Below are positions 52,855 through 62,507 of a DNA stretch of 64,000 nucleotides, piece by piece. The notes beneath the pieces are model-generated. The model did not search any database and had not been told where the DNA came from. It worked only from the letters and a program-made list of their open reading frames with translations. The position numbers and the translations under genes are program-made. Each line of letters begins with the position of its first letter. Positions within the stretch are counted from its first letter, which is position 1. The DNA is taken from NCBI GenBank assembly GCA_977020255.1, contig CDROCS010000253.1, forward strand, positions 806,001 through 870,000. The letters are read 5' to 3'. The stretch comes from Obrimoposthia wandeli (taxonomy: Eukaryota).

Positions 52855-53036
52855 TTATCCATCTCCTATGAAAGTAAATTAAATATATTTATACATTAAA
52901 TTACAATAAGTTAAGCTGCACCTTACTCGCTATAGAATGGTATATGTCACTTACAAAGCTGAACTTAGAACAAAATAAAATAACTTATTGCAAACAAATC
53001 TTAGATGATTTACTCTACTTTTTCAATAACCGTAAC

Positions 53037-53055
53037 GATAATTATTATCATTAAG
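53037..53055. promoter_or_regulatory. Fur box
   Basis: GATAATTATTATCATTAAG matches the consensus GATAATGATAATCATTATC at 15 of 19 positions. Confidence 0.75.
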
Positions 53056-53067
53056 ATAACATTAAAT

Positions 53068-55311
53068 ATGAAAATTAAAAAATCAATACTTTTTGTGGCT
53101 ATTATTACCGCCATTTATACTGGCCAAATCTCCGCAAAATCGGTGACTAAAGACCAAAATGAATTAGAAAAAATCGAAGTGTTTGGTCATAAAATAAGTC
53201 TATTAAATCAAGATGCTGCGGCGTCTATTTCCGTTTTAAATGAAAAAGAAATAGCACGTCAACAACAAGCAGAATTAACCAGTTTACTAAAACAATTACC
53301 TGGTGTTGATATCAATGGTGGCGTTACACCACTATCCGGTCAGCCAGTGATTAGGGGCCTATACGGTGAGCGAATTCACATTTCAGTGGATAACGTCAAA
53401 CGAAAAACCGAATCTGATGGTAGTAATAATATCGCCAGTATCAATAGCTTAGGTATAGACCCAGGACAGTTAAAACAGATACAGGTATTGCGTGGTGCCG
53501 ACTCATTAACTGTAGGTTCAGGCGCGGTAGGTGGTAGTATTCGCTTAGTAACCAAAGATGCCAAAGACTACTTAGCAGATAAAAATGGTATCGGCGCTCG
53601 TGTAGATGGCCTACACCAATCCGTCTCAGATTCTAATAAATTTGGTCTGTCATTATTTAATTTAACTGACAATCTAGATACAGTTTTTCATGCTAGTCAG
53701 GTCAAATTTTCAGATATTGATGTGGTCGCTAAAAGCGAAAATGATTTTGATACGCCCGATGATGTAGAAGAAGTAGCACTACTTGATAAAATAAAGAATG
53801 AATCAACCCGCACCAACCTGACCCTGAAAAACACTTGGTATTTTGCGCCCATGCACAGCATACAAAGCAAAGTAGACTGGAGCGAAACCAAGTCACTAGA
53901 TCAACCTTATGGTCAGCGTCAATCACTGGCTATTGCTTATCCAACCTTAGCCGAAGACTATAGTAACGATTATATTGAAGCTATGGCTAATTACGCCTAC
54001 CAGCCAGAAAGTCCGTTAATTGATCTGGATGTTCAACTGGTTTATTCAAAAAAAGATTACCAGAAAGAAACCCGAGGCTATATTGAGCGACGTGGTAATA
54101 AAATGAGTTTCGATAAACTCAGCGAAGGCTCAACCAAGCGTACCAGTTTACGCCTTGCTAACTTGTCTAAGTTTGAAGGCACAATAGATCACCGTTTGGC
54201 CATTGAATTTCATTATGAAACGGAAAACTTTACCCAATCTGAATTTAAAGATGATAAAACTAGCACTTATTACGGCGATAGCGACTCTGAAAACCTATCA
54301 TTGTCTTTGATTGACCAAGCAGAATTTTTTGATGGCCGCATTCTCGCAACGGGTGGATTTCGCTACGATACTTACAAGCGCAGCAACAATATTTTCACCC
54401 ATTATAACAATAATAACGATGGCGAGTTATCAAACGAACTCGGCTTAACTTTTAAAGCAACAGAGTATCTGAATTTTTACCTAAAATACGCCGAAGCATT
54501 TAGAGCGCCCTCCGTTCAAGAGTTATATAAAAAAGATGAGTGGCGCTGCCATATTGGTGGAAAAATTTGTTACAGTGAACCGCAACCTGACTTAAAACCA
54601 GAAACATCAACGAACTACGAAGCTGGCTTTGGTCTGGCCTGGCAAGACACTAGTTTCGCTGATCAACTGAGTGTTAAAGCGATTTACTTCAATAACAAGA
54701 TTGATAATTACATCGATAATGTTCCCTTTATGTATTACATCGATAAAAATGGTAACAAGCTACAAGGCTCGCCAGGTCCCAAGCCTGCCAATGATATTCC
54801 CGTTGCAACGCATCGTGATTACAGTGCCAAAAACATCGGTCTGTTGATCAGCACAGGCATAGAAATTGAAATGACTTATCAACTCGGAAAATTTGACGCC
54901 TACCTTGGCTATTCAGCAATGAATATGGATGTTGAAGGCATGCCCAATTTCTTTCTCGGCAGCATAGACTACCAGACGCAGCCTTACACGGAAGCACCCG
55001 CAGATAAACTGGCCTTAAATTTGAATTACCAACTGTTTGAAAGTTTCAATATTGGTGGTCAGGTATTAGCCTATGCTGAACAAAAGCGCTTGCCACAACA
55101 ATACCTTGATGCCGGATATGGTACCGACTCCTATCAAGTCTATAATTTCAATGCGAGCTATTACGGCAATGGTAGTTTATCTGGAGTAGGCATAGTGTTT
55201 GGTATTGATAACATCACCAATGAAAGATATCTACGTGCTCCAGCAAGTGAAGCCAATGATCCCGCAGAGCTAGGTCGTAACTATAAAGTCACCGTCAGTT
55301 ATCAATTTTAA
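53068..55311 (+). CDS. TonB-dependent receptor, heme/hemoglobin-receptor type
   Basis: Signal peptide, plug (LPGV, IRG, IQVLRG...GAVGG), FRAP motif, C-terminal GRNYKVTVSYQF. Confidence 0.88.
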   Translation: MKIKKSILFVAIITAIYTGQISAKSVTKDQNELEKIEVFGHKISLLNQDAAASISVLNEKEIARQQQAELTSLLKQLPGVDINGGVTPLSGQPVIRGLYGERIHISVDNVKRKTESDGSNNIASINSLGIDPGQLKQIQVLRGADSLTVGSGAVGGSIRLVTKDAKDYLADKNGIGARVDGLHQSVSDSNKFGLSLFNLTDNLDTVFHASQVKFSDIDVVAKSENDFDTPDDVEEVALLDKIKNESTRTNLTLKNTWYFAPMHSIQSKVDWSETKSLDQPYGQRQSLAIAYPTLAEDYSNDYIEAMANYAYQPESPLIDLDVQLVYSKKDYQKETRGYIERRGNKMSFDKLSEGSTKRTSLRLANLSKFEGTIDHRLAIEFHYETENFTQSEFKDDKTSTYYGDSDSENLSLSLIDQAEFFDGRILATGGFRYDTYKRSNNIFTHYNNNNDGELSNELGLTFKATEYLNFYLKYAEAFRAPSVQELYKKDEWRCHIGGKICYSEPQPDLKPETSTNYEAGFGLAWQDTSFADQLSVKAIYFNNKIDNYIDNVPFMYYIDKNGNKLQGSPGPKPANDIPVATHRDYSAKNIGLLISTGIEIEMTYQLGKFDAYLGYSAMNMDVEGMPNFFLGSIDYQTQPYTEAPADKLALNLNYQLFESFNIGGQVLAYAEQKRLPQQYLDAGYGTDSYQVYNFNASYYGNGSLSGVGIVFGIDNITNERYLRAPASEANDPAELGRNYKVTVSYQF

Positions 55312-55601
55312 AGAAAACTGATATAAGTTTAAGTTTATAAAGCAGTTGAGCCTCATCGCTCTACTGCTTTACTTATTACTATTGAGTGGCTATTGCTGCA
55401 TCAATTTTATTCAACGACAGTAAAAAATTCCTAATCTACCGATAGCGAATAGAAAAGAAGACGCATATCAAATTATTGCTATGTTCTTTTCAATGATGCT
55501 AGAATTAAAAGAATTATTATTGCCTAGCTATTTTGTTAAGTTATTAACTAACGAATAACTAACGAATAACTAGCTAATAATCCCTAGCTACTAATCATTA
55601 A

Positions 55602-56036
55602 GTGCTGCTTGTGCCTACTTTTATAAATAAAACAATAATGGTGATATTGCTTTGTTTGATCTTTATCGGTCAATCAATGGCATCTATGACTATGTTTTAT
55701 CGCATGACAAATATGCAATCTATGACTGGAATGTCATCGATAAAAAGTTCGCATCGTACTATGGAAAAAATAGACAATTCGACTCATCACATGAGTAATA
55801 TGTCTGATTGCGATGAAGAAGCGATGACGCAAACACCTTGCACTACTAAGTCTACACAAGATTGCTGTGCGCAAGAGTGTGATTGTTTAACAAGTGGCTG
55901 CTCAACCGTATCAGCATTTTCAATCATTATTAATTACACCCCTGTATTTGCTACTCCCAGTAAGATCAATTCACCCAATGCGTTAGCCGCTAGTCAAACA
56001 CTTACCTCCCTTTATAGACCGCCCATACTGAGCTAA
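55602..56036 (+). CDS. Cys/His/Met-rich exported protein upstream of the efflux operon (CopL/DUF2946-like leader)
   Basis: Hydrophobic N-terminus, HHMSNM, CCAQECDCLTSGC, C-terminal SLYRPPILS. Confidence 0.7.
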   Translation: MLLVPTFINKTIMVILLCLIFIGQSMASMTMFYRMTNMQSMTGMSSIKSSHRTMEKIDNSTHHMSNMSDCDEEAMTQTPCTTKSTQDCCAQECDCLTSGCSTVSAFSIIINYTPVFATPSKINSPNALAASQTLTSLYRPPILS

Positions 56037-56207
56037 TCACTGCCTCATTGCGTCTAAATTTTGCTGTTTTATTCTTATCATAGATAATTTAAAACACTCG
56101 ATGCTGCAAAAATTATCACGTTACTTATTAATTTAGCATTCATAAATTTATAGTGACTTCACCAAAAAAACATTCATTTCCGTAAAATATTCCCTCAGGA
56201 GGGAGTT

Positions 56208-57614
56208 ATGTTTTCATTTTCTTTTCCAGCTAACGCGATCGTAATTATTGTCAGTGCTATAACATTAAACGGGTTATTGGCTTTTAGCCCTGCTCTTGAA
56301 GCTGCTGACCATCAAAAGGGCTGGTCGTTTAATAACACCGTCATCACAGCCCAAAAAAATGACCCTTGGCTCACGGGCAATAAACATCAACAACAAGCCG
56401 TTAAGGCTATGAGCCATGCTGCCTCGAGTTTGCCTGATCCTAAAATGTCAGTAGCACTAGCAAACCTACCCACCGATGGTTTTGATTTCTCGCAAGAAGC
56501 TATGACACAACTCAAGGTGGGTATTACCCAGATGTTCCCCCGTGGGGATACCCTGACAATAAAAAATCAGCAACTGCGTATTCAAAGTGAAGCCTATCCC
56601 TTTCAACGTGCCGATAGAAAGGCCAAAGTTGCAGTTACTGTTGGTACTTTATGGCTCGATGCTTATCGGGTGCAACAAAGTATTGCGCTAATAGAACAAA
56701 ATCGTTCCTTGTTCGAGCAATTAGCTGATGTTGCTCAAGCCAGTTATTCTTCAACATTAGGTAAAACACGCCAACAAGATATTGTGCGCGCACAGCTTGA
56801 ATTAACCCGACTCGATGATCGGCTAGACATACTGGCGCAACAGCAAAATGCCTATTTGGGTATGTTGGCGCAATGGCTGTCAACGGCCTTTGCGGTAAAT
56901 AGCCAACAAGGTGCTATCCGCGCGATAAGCCAGCTGCACAACATCCAATTAGCTACAGAGTTGCCGCAACTTGATTTACTCAATAATGAGCTTGTCTATA
57001 GTAAGATCGCGGGATCTGTTGAGGTGCTAGCTAAGCACTTTGCCAATCACCCAGCCATATTTGCTCTCGATAAAAAAATATCTGCCAGCAAAACGGGTAT
57101 TAACTTAGCCGAGCAGCAATACCAACCCGAATGGGGAGTTAATGCCAGTTATGGTTATCGAGATGATGACCCTATGGGTAGAAGTCGTTCAGATTTCTTC
57201 TCTGTTGGTGTTACGTTCGACCTGCCACTGTTTACTGAAAACCGTCAAGATATGGCAGTAAAATCTGCCATATCAACAACGGAAGCCGTTAAAACCGAAA
57301 AAATACTATTATTACGTCAACTACTCGGAGCCTTCTCAAGTGCCAAAGGCCGCTTATTGCGATTAGAACAGCGAAAATTACTCTATAAAACGCGACTGTT
57401 ACCACAAGTTAATGATCAAGCAGAAGCGTCATTAACCGCGTACACCAATGATGATGGTGACTTTGCTGAAGTAGTACGTTCACGCATTGCCGTACTCAAT
57501 GCCCAAATTGACGATTTAGTCATTCAGGTGGCAGAGCAAAAACTTATTCTAGAATTAAATTACTTATTTGTTGGCTCGTTAAATACGGGCAATCAAATAG
57601 CAGGAGAAAAATAA
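56208..57614 (+). CDS. TolC-family outer-membrane factor (CusC-like)
   Basis: SLPDPKM, QQDIVRAQLEL, PEWGVNASYGYR; AGGAGG RBS. Confidence 0.85.
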   Translation: MFSFSFPANAIVIIVSAITLNGLLAFSPALEAADHQKGWSFNNTVITAQKNDPWLTGNKHQQQAVKAMSHAASSLPDPKMSVALANLPTDGFDFSQEAMTQLKVGITQMFPRGDTLTIKNQQLRIQSEAYPFQRADRKAKVAVTVGTLWLDAYRVQQSIALIEQNRSLFEQLADVAQASYSSTLGKTRQQDIVRAQLELTRLDDRLDILAQQQNAYLGMLAQWLSTAFAVNSQQGAIRAISQLHNIQLATELPQLDLLNNELVYSKIAGSVEVLAKHFANHPAIFALDKKISASKTGINLAEQQYQPEWGVNASYGYRDDDPMGRSRSDFFSVGVTFDLPLFTENRQDMAVKSAISTTEAVKTEKILLLRQLLGAFSSAKGRLLRLEQRKLLYKTRLLPQVNDQAEASLTAYTNDDGDFAEVVRSRIAVLNAQIDDLVIQVAEQKLILELNYLFVGSLNTGNQIAGEK

Positions 57615-59362
57615 TGACAGCAACTAAATCCTCAACCTTAAAAGCTAGTCTATTTGGCTTAATTATTGGCTCAGTTGTTACCTTTATTGGTTACACCCTA
57701 CTGACTCCTAAACATGAAATAACTAACACAAATAATAGCGCCAGTAGTGAAAATAAACCGCTCTATTGGGTTGCCCCTATGGATGCTAATTATCGTCGCG
57801 ATAAAGCCGGTAAATCGCCTATGGGCATGGATTTAATACCCTATTATGGTGGTGATGGATCGGGACCAGATGAAGGTGTTGGCACTATTCGGATTTCAGC
57901 GAATGTCATCAATAATCTAGGCGTTCGTACCGTTAATGCCGAAGTTAAAACACTGCATACGCGAATAGATACCGTAGGTTATGTCACCTATGATCAAGAT
58001 AGATTAGTACATATTCACCCTAGGGTAGAAGGCTGGGTAGAAAAGCTTTATGTTAAAGCGATTGGCGATCCAGTAAAAAAAGGCCAACCACTGTACAATA
58101 TTTATTCTCCTGAACTAGTTAATGCCCAAGAGGAGTTTTTACTTGCGCTAGACAGAAAAAACCGTCGATTAATTACCGCATCAGAAAACCGCTTAGTAGC
58201 GCTACAATTACCCAGATCAGTTATTAGCAACCTTAAAAAGAACCGTAAGGTGCAACAAAACATTGCCTTTTTTGCACCACAAAATGGCGTTATAGAAAAC
58301 CTGAAAATACGTGAAGGATTTTTTGTTAAACCTGGCTCAACTTTAATGTCTATTGGCGATTTATCACAAGTTTGGGTTGAAGCAGAAGTGTTTGAACGCC
58401 AAGCAAGCCAAGTAGAGCAAGGCACACCTGTCACCATGAGCCTAGACTATTTACCGGGAAAAACCTGGCAGGGCAAGATAGATTACGTTTATCCCATCTT
58501 AGATGCTAAGACCCGCACGGTAAAAGTAAGATTGCGCTTTAACAATGAAAATGGTGAGTTTAAACCTAACATGTTTGCACAAATCACCATTCATACGAGC
58601 AGTGATGAAAAAGCATTATTAATTCCCAAAGAGGCACTAATTCGCACCGGTAATCACGATCGGGTGGTATTAGCATTAGGCGAAGGAAATTTTAAATCCG
58701 TCACGGTGAGTGTTGGTCGTTTTGATAGTGATAATGTTGAAATATTATCAGGTCTGAATGCAGGAGAAAAAGTGGTTAGCTCGGCGCAATTTTTACTCGA
58801 CTCTGAATCAAGTAAAACCTCTGATTTTAAACGTATGAGCCATGACAATGTACCCAGCACGGTATGGGTCAACGCCAGCATAATTAGCCTAATGGCAGAG
58901 CACAAAATGCTGACTTTAGCTCATGATGTCATCCCTGCCTGGGACTGGCCAGAAATGACTATGGACTTCATCGCTTTAGACTCAATAGACTTTTCTCAAC
59001 TAACAGAAAATATGACTATTCGTGTTGAAATTGAAAAAGCCAGCGACAACGATTATCGCATAATAAACGTTGAGCCAAACGGAGACAAAACCGTCAGCAG
59101 TGCCACAGTAAATGGTACCGTAGCCTCTGTTATGCCGCCTCATCGCATGGTCACAATTCACCGTGAAGCTATTGAAAAATGGGATAGAGAAGCAGCTACC
59201 GTTGATTTCATTGTTGCTGAAAGTGTTGATATGACACTATTTACTGTCGGTGCTTATTTGATGTTTACCTTCGAAATTAAAGAGGGTGAATTTCGAATTA
59301 TTAGCGCGATGACAATGAAAAAAGACAGCTCTTCACATGATATACCACAGGGAGATAAGTAA
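57614..59362 (+). CDS. cusB: CusB-like periplasmic adaptor with two C-terminal CusF-like domains
   Basis: YWVAPMD...KSPMGMDLIP metal-binding segment, membrane-fusion core, HDVIPAWDWPEMTMDF. Confidence 0.85.
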   Translation: MTATKSSTLKASLFGLIIGSVVTFIGYTLLTPKHEITNTNNSASSENKPLYWVAPMDANYRRDKAGKSPMGMDLIPYYGGDGSGPDEGVGTIRISANVINNLGVRTVNAEVKTLHTRIDTVGYVTYDQDRLVHIHPRVEGWVEKLYVKAIGDPVKKGQPLYNIYSPELVNAQEEFLLALDRKNRRLITASENRLVALQLPRSVISNLKKNRKVQQNIAFFAPQNGVIENLKIREGFFVKPGSTLMSIGDLSQVWVEAEVFERQASQVEQGTPVTMSLDYLPGKTWQGKIDYVYPILDAKTRTVKVRLRFNNENGEFKPNMFAQITIHTSSDEKALLIPKEALIRTGNHDRVVLALGEGNFKSVTVSVGRFDSDNVEILSGLNAGEKVVSSAQFLLDSESSKTSDFKRMSHDNVPSTVWVNASIISLMAEHKMLTLAHDVIPAWDWPEMTMDFIALDSIDFSQLTENMTIRVEIEKASDNDYRIINVEPNGDKTVSSATVNGTVASVMPPHRMVTIHREAIEKWDREAATVDFIVAESVDMTLFTVGAYLMFTFEIKEGEFRIISAMTMKKDSSSHDIPQGDK

Positions 59363-62300
59363 TGATTACTGCCATTATTCGCTGGTCAGTAGGCAATCGC
59401 TTCTTTGTCATTTTGGCCACCATGATCTTAGTTGGTGTTGGTTTATATTCAGTCAAAAACACCCCCGTTGATGCCCTACCCGATTTATCTGATGTGCAAG
59501 TTATCATCAAAACTAGCTACCCAGGCCAAGCGCCACAAGTCGTTGAAGATCAAGTCACTTATCCGCTAACCACTGCTATGTTATCAGTCCCTGGCGCGGT
59601 AACCGTACGTGGTTATTCCTTTTTTGGCGACTCTTACGTTTATGTTATTTTCGACGAAGACACTGACCTTTACTGGGCACGTTCTCGCGTTTTAGAGTAC
59701 TTAAGCCAAGTATCTCCCAGTTTACCCAACGAAGCTAGGCCACAACTAGGGCCTGATGCGACAGGTGTTGGTTGGGTATATCTTTATGCCTTAATCGACA
59801 AAACGGGGCAGCACGATTTAAGCCAATTACGAAGCTTACAAGATTGGTTTTTAAAGTATGAACTACAAACGGTCAAAGGCGTTTCAGAGGTTACCGCACT
59901 CGGTGGCATGGTTAAGCAATACCAAGTACAAATTGATCCCGATAAATTACGCGCTTTTGGCATTCCTTTATCTCTGATTCAAACAGCAATCAAACAGGGT
60001 AACCAAGAAATTGGTGCCTCTGTAGTGGAAATGGCCGAAGCCGAATATATGGTGCGCGCCACCGGCTATATTAAAAGTGTTGATGATCTTGAAAATATTC
60101 CCCTTGGTGTCAATCAAAATGGCACGCCATTGTTACTTAAGGATGTTGCAGAAATAGGCACAGGGCCACAAATGCGCCGTGGTATCGCCGAACTTAATGG
60201 TGAAGGTGAAACCGTTGGTGGTATTGTAGTGATGCGCTTTGGTGAAAATGCTCAACAGGTTATTAATGGTGTAAAGGCGAAACTCGAACAGTTGAAAAAA
60301 GGTTTACCTGAAGGTGTAGAGATTGTACCTGTTTATGACAGATCGGCATTAATAGAGCGTGCTGTCAGCAACTTGGCGATAAAGCTGTTAGAAGAGTTTG
60401 CTGTCGTTGCTTTAGTATGTGTTATTTTTCTCTTTCATTTACGCTCCTCTTTAGTGGTGATCATTAGTATTCCTGTCGGTATTTTAACGGCATTTATCGT
60501 GATGCATGCCCAAGGTTTAAATGCCAATATCATGTCACTTGGTGGTATTGCAATTGCTATTGGCGCTATGGTTGATGGCGCTATTGTCATGATTGAAAAC
60601 ATGCACAAACACATGGAGAAGACGCCGTTAACCGATGAAAATCGATGGCAAATAGTTACTGATGCCGCCTGTGAAGTTGGACCTGCACTATTTTTTAGTT
60701 TGCTGATTATCACGGTAAGTTTTGTCCCTGTATTCACCCTTGAAGCGCAAGAAGGACGGATGTTTTCACCACTGGCTTACACCAAAACTTATGCGATGGC
60801 GGCAGCGGCAGCTTTAGCTATTACCTTAGTGCCAGTTTTAATGGGGTATTTTATTCGTGGTAAAGTACTGGCTGAACATAAAAATCCGGTAAATAAGTTT
60901 TTGACTGCGTTATACCTACCTGCGCTAAAAGCAGTATTACGTTTCCCTAAAGTGACCTTATCTGCCGCGGTTGTTGTGCTTCTTATTGGTTTATATCCAT
61001 TAGATAAAATTGGTAGTGAATTCATTCCTCCCCTTGATGAGGGTGACTTAATGTATATGCCAACCACTTACCCAGGAATATCTATCGGCCAAGCCAGACA
61101 GTTGTTACAACAAACCGACAAGCTAATTAAAACCGTACCTGAAGTTAAAACCGTTTTTGGTAAAGTGGGTCGTGCGGAAACGGCAACCGATCCTGCGCCG
61201 TTAACCATGATAGAAACCTTTATCCAGTTGAAACCAAAAAGTGAATGGCGTGAAGGTGTCACTACCGCCAGTTTGAAAAAAGAATTAGATGCTTTAGTCA
61301 AACTGCCTGGCGTTACCAATGCTTGGGTTATGCCAATAAAAACGCGAATTGACATGCTAGCAACGGGTATCAAAACCCCGGTAGGTATCAAAATAGCGGG
61401 ACCTAAACTTGAAACTATTCAAGAAATTGGTCAGCAGCTGGAAGTGATTTTAGCCGATGTACCCGGCACAGCTTCGGTGTATTCTGAGCGAGTTGCTGGT
61501 GGTCGTTACATCAAAGTTGATATTCAACGCGGTAAAGCCGCTCGTTATGGCTTAAACATCAGTGATATTCAGCAAGTAGTCGCGACGGCTATTGGCGGCA
61601 TGAATGTTACCAATACCGTTGAAGGCTTAGAGCGATATCCGGTCAATTTACGCTATCCGCAAGATTATCGAAACTCCCCTGAGCAGTTGTCACTATTACC
61701 CATAGTAACGCCTAATGGCCAGCGAATCTCCCTTGGTGATGTTGCCCATATATTTATTGAAGATGGTCCTCCAGGTATCAAATCAGAAAATGCCCGCTTA
61801 AATGGCTGGGCTTTTATAGATATCGAAGGTGTCGATGTTGGTACTTATGTTGAAACAGCACAGCAGGTAGTTGATGATCAACTAACATTGCCTGCAGGCT
61901 ATTCTATTGCTTGGGCAGGTCAATATGAATACATGCAACGCGCAAAAGCTAAATTGACTTATGTTGTCCCCTTAACCTTAGCAATCATTATTGTCTTACT
62001 GTATTTAAACTTTCGCAATGTTATTGAAGTTGCCATGATTTTAGGTACACTTCCGCTCGCTATGGTAGGTAGTATTTGGTTAATGTATTTACAAGGTTTC
62101 AATTTCTCTGTCGCAGTCGGCGTTGGTTTCATTGCCCTTGCTGGTGTTGCTGTAGAAATTGGCGTTATTATGTTAGTTTACTTGAATCAAGCATATCATG
62201 CGGTATTGGCCGATAATGCCGTACAAGGAAAGGCGACAACTAAAGCTGATATTTTACAGGCAGTCCTCCATGGCGCAGGCTTGAGAGTAAGACCAGTTAT

Positions 62301-62493
62301 GATGACCGGAGGCACGGTTATTGTTGGTTTATTACCAATATTATATGGCACAGGCACGGGTTCAGAAGTGATGAGTCGAATTGCTGCTCCTATGGTTGGT
62401 GGTATGGCGAGTGCCATGTTATTAACCTTGCTCGTTTTACCCGCGCTCTATTATTTATGGCGCTCTGCTGGCCTACAAAAAATTAATGAGTAA
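59362..62493 (+). CDS. cusA: CusA/SilA heavy-metal RND transporter
   Basis: DALPDLSDVQV, AIGAMVD; Met sites GDLMYMP, PLTMIET and RIDMLATG, as in Cu/Ag-specific CusA. Confidence 0.93.
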   Translation: MITAIIRWSVGNRFFVILATMILVGVGLYSVKNTPVDALPDLSDVQVIIKTSYPGQAPQVVEDQVTYPLTTAMLSVPGAVTVRGYSFFGDSYVYVIFDEDTDLYWARSRVLEYLSQVSPSLPNEARPQLGPDATGVGWVYLYALIDKTGQHDLSQLRSLQDWFLKYELQTVKGVSEVTALGGMVKQYQVQIDPDKLRAFGIPLSLIQTAIKQGNQEIGASVVEMAEAEYMVRATGYIKSVDDLENIPLGVNQNGTPLLLKDVAEIGTGPQMRRGIAELNGEGETVGGIVVMRFGENAQQVINGVKAKLEQLKKGLPEGVEIVPVYDRSALIERAVSNLAIKLLEEFAVVALVCVIFLFHLRSSLVVIISIPVGILTAFIVMHAQGLNANIMSLGGIAIAIGAMVDGAIVMIENMHKHMEKTPLTDENRWQIVTDAACEVGPALFFSLLIITVSFVPVFTLEAQEGRMFSPLAYTKTYAMAAAAALAITLVPVLMGYFIRGKVLAEHKNPVNKFLTALYLPALKAVLRFPKVTLSAAVVVLLIGLYPLDKIGSEFIPPLDEGDLMYMPTTYPGISIGQARQLLQQTDKLIKTVPEVKTVFGKVGRAETATDPAPLTMIETFIQLKPKSEWREGVTTASLKKELDALVKLPGVTNAWVMPIKTRIDMLATGIKTPVGIKIAGPKLETIQEIGQQLEVILADVPGTASVYSERVAGGRYIKVDIQRGKAARYGLNISDIQQVVATAIGGMNVTNTVEGLERYPVNLRYPQDYRNSPEQLSLLPIVTPNGQRISLGDVAHIFIEDGPPGIKSENARLNGWAFIDIEGVDVGTYVETAQQVVDDQLTLPAGYSIAWAGQYEYMQRAKAKLTYVVPLTLAIIIVLLYLNFRNVIEVAMILGTLPLAMVGSIWLMYLQGFNFSVAVGVGFIALAGVAVEIGVIMLVYLNQAYHAVLADNAVQGKATTKADILQAVLHGAGLRVRPVMMTGGTVIVGLLPILYGTGTGSEVMSRIAAPMVGGMASAMLLTLLVLPALYYLWRSAGLQKINE

Positions 62494-62507
62494 TCAAAAA
62501 TAAAGCC

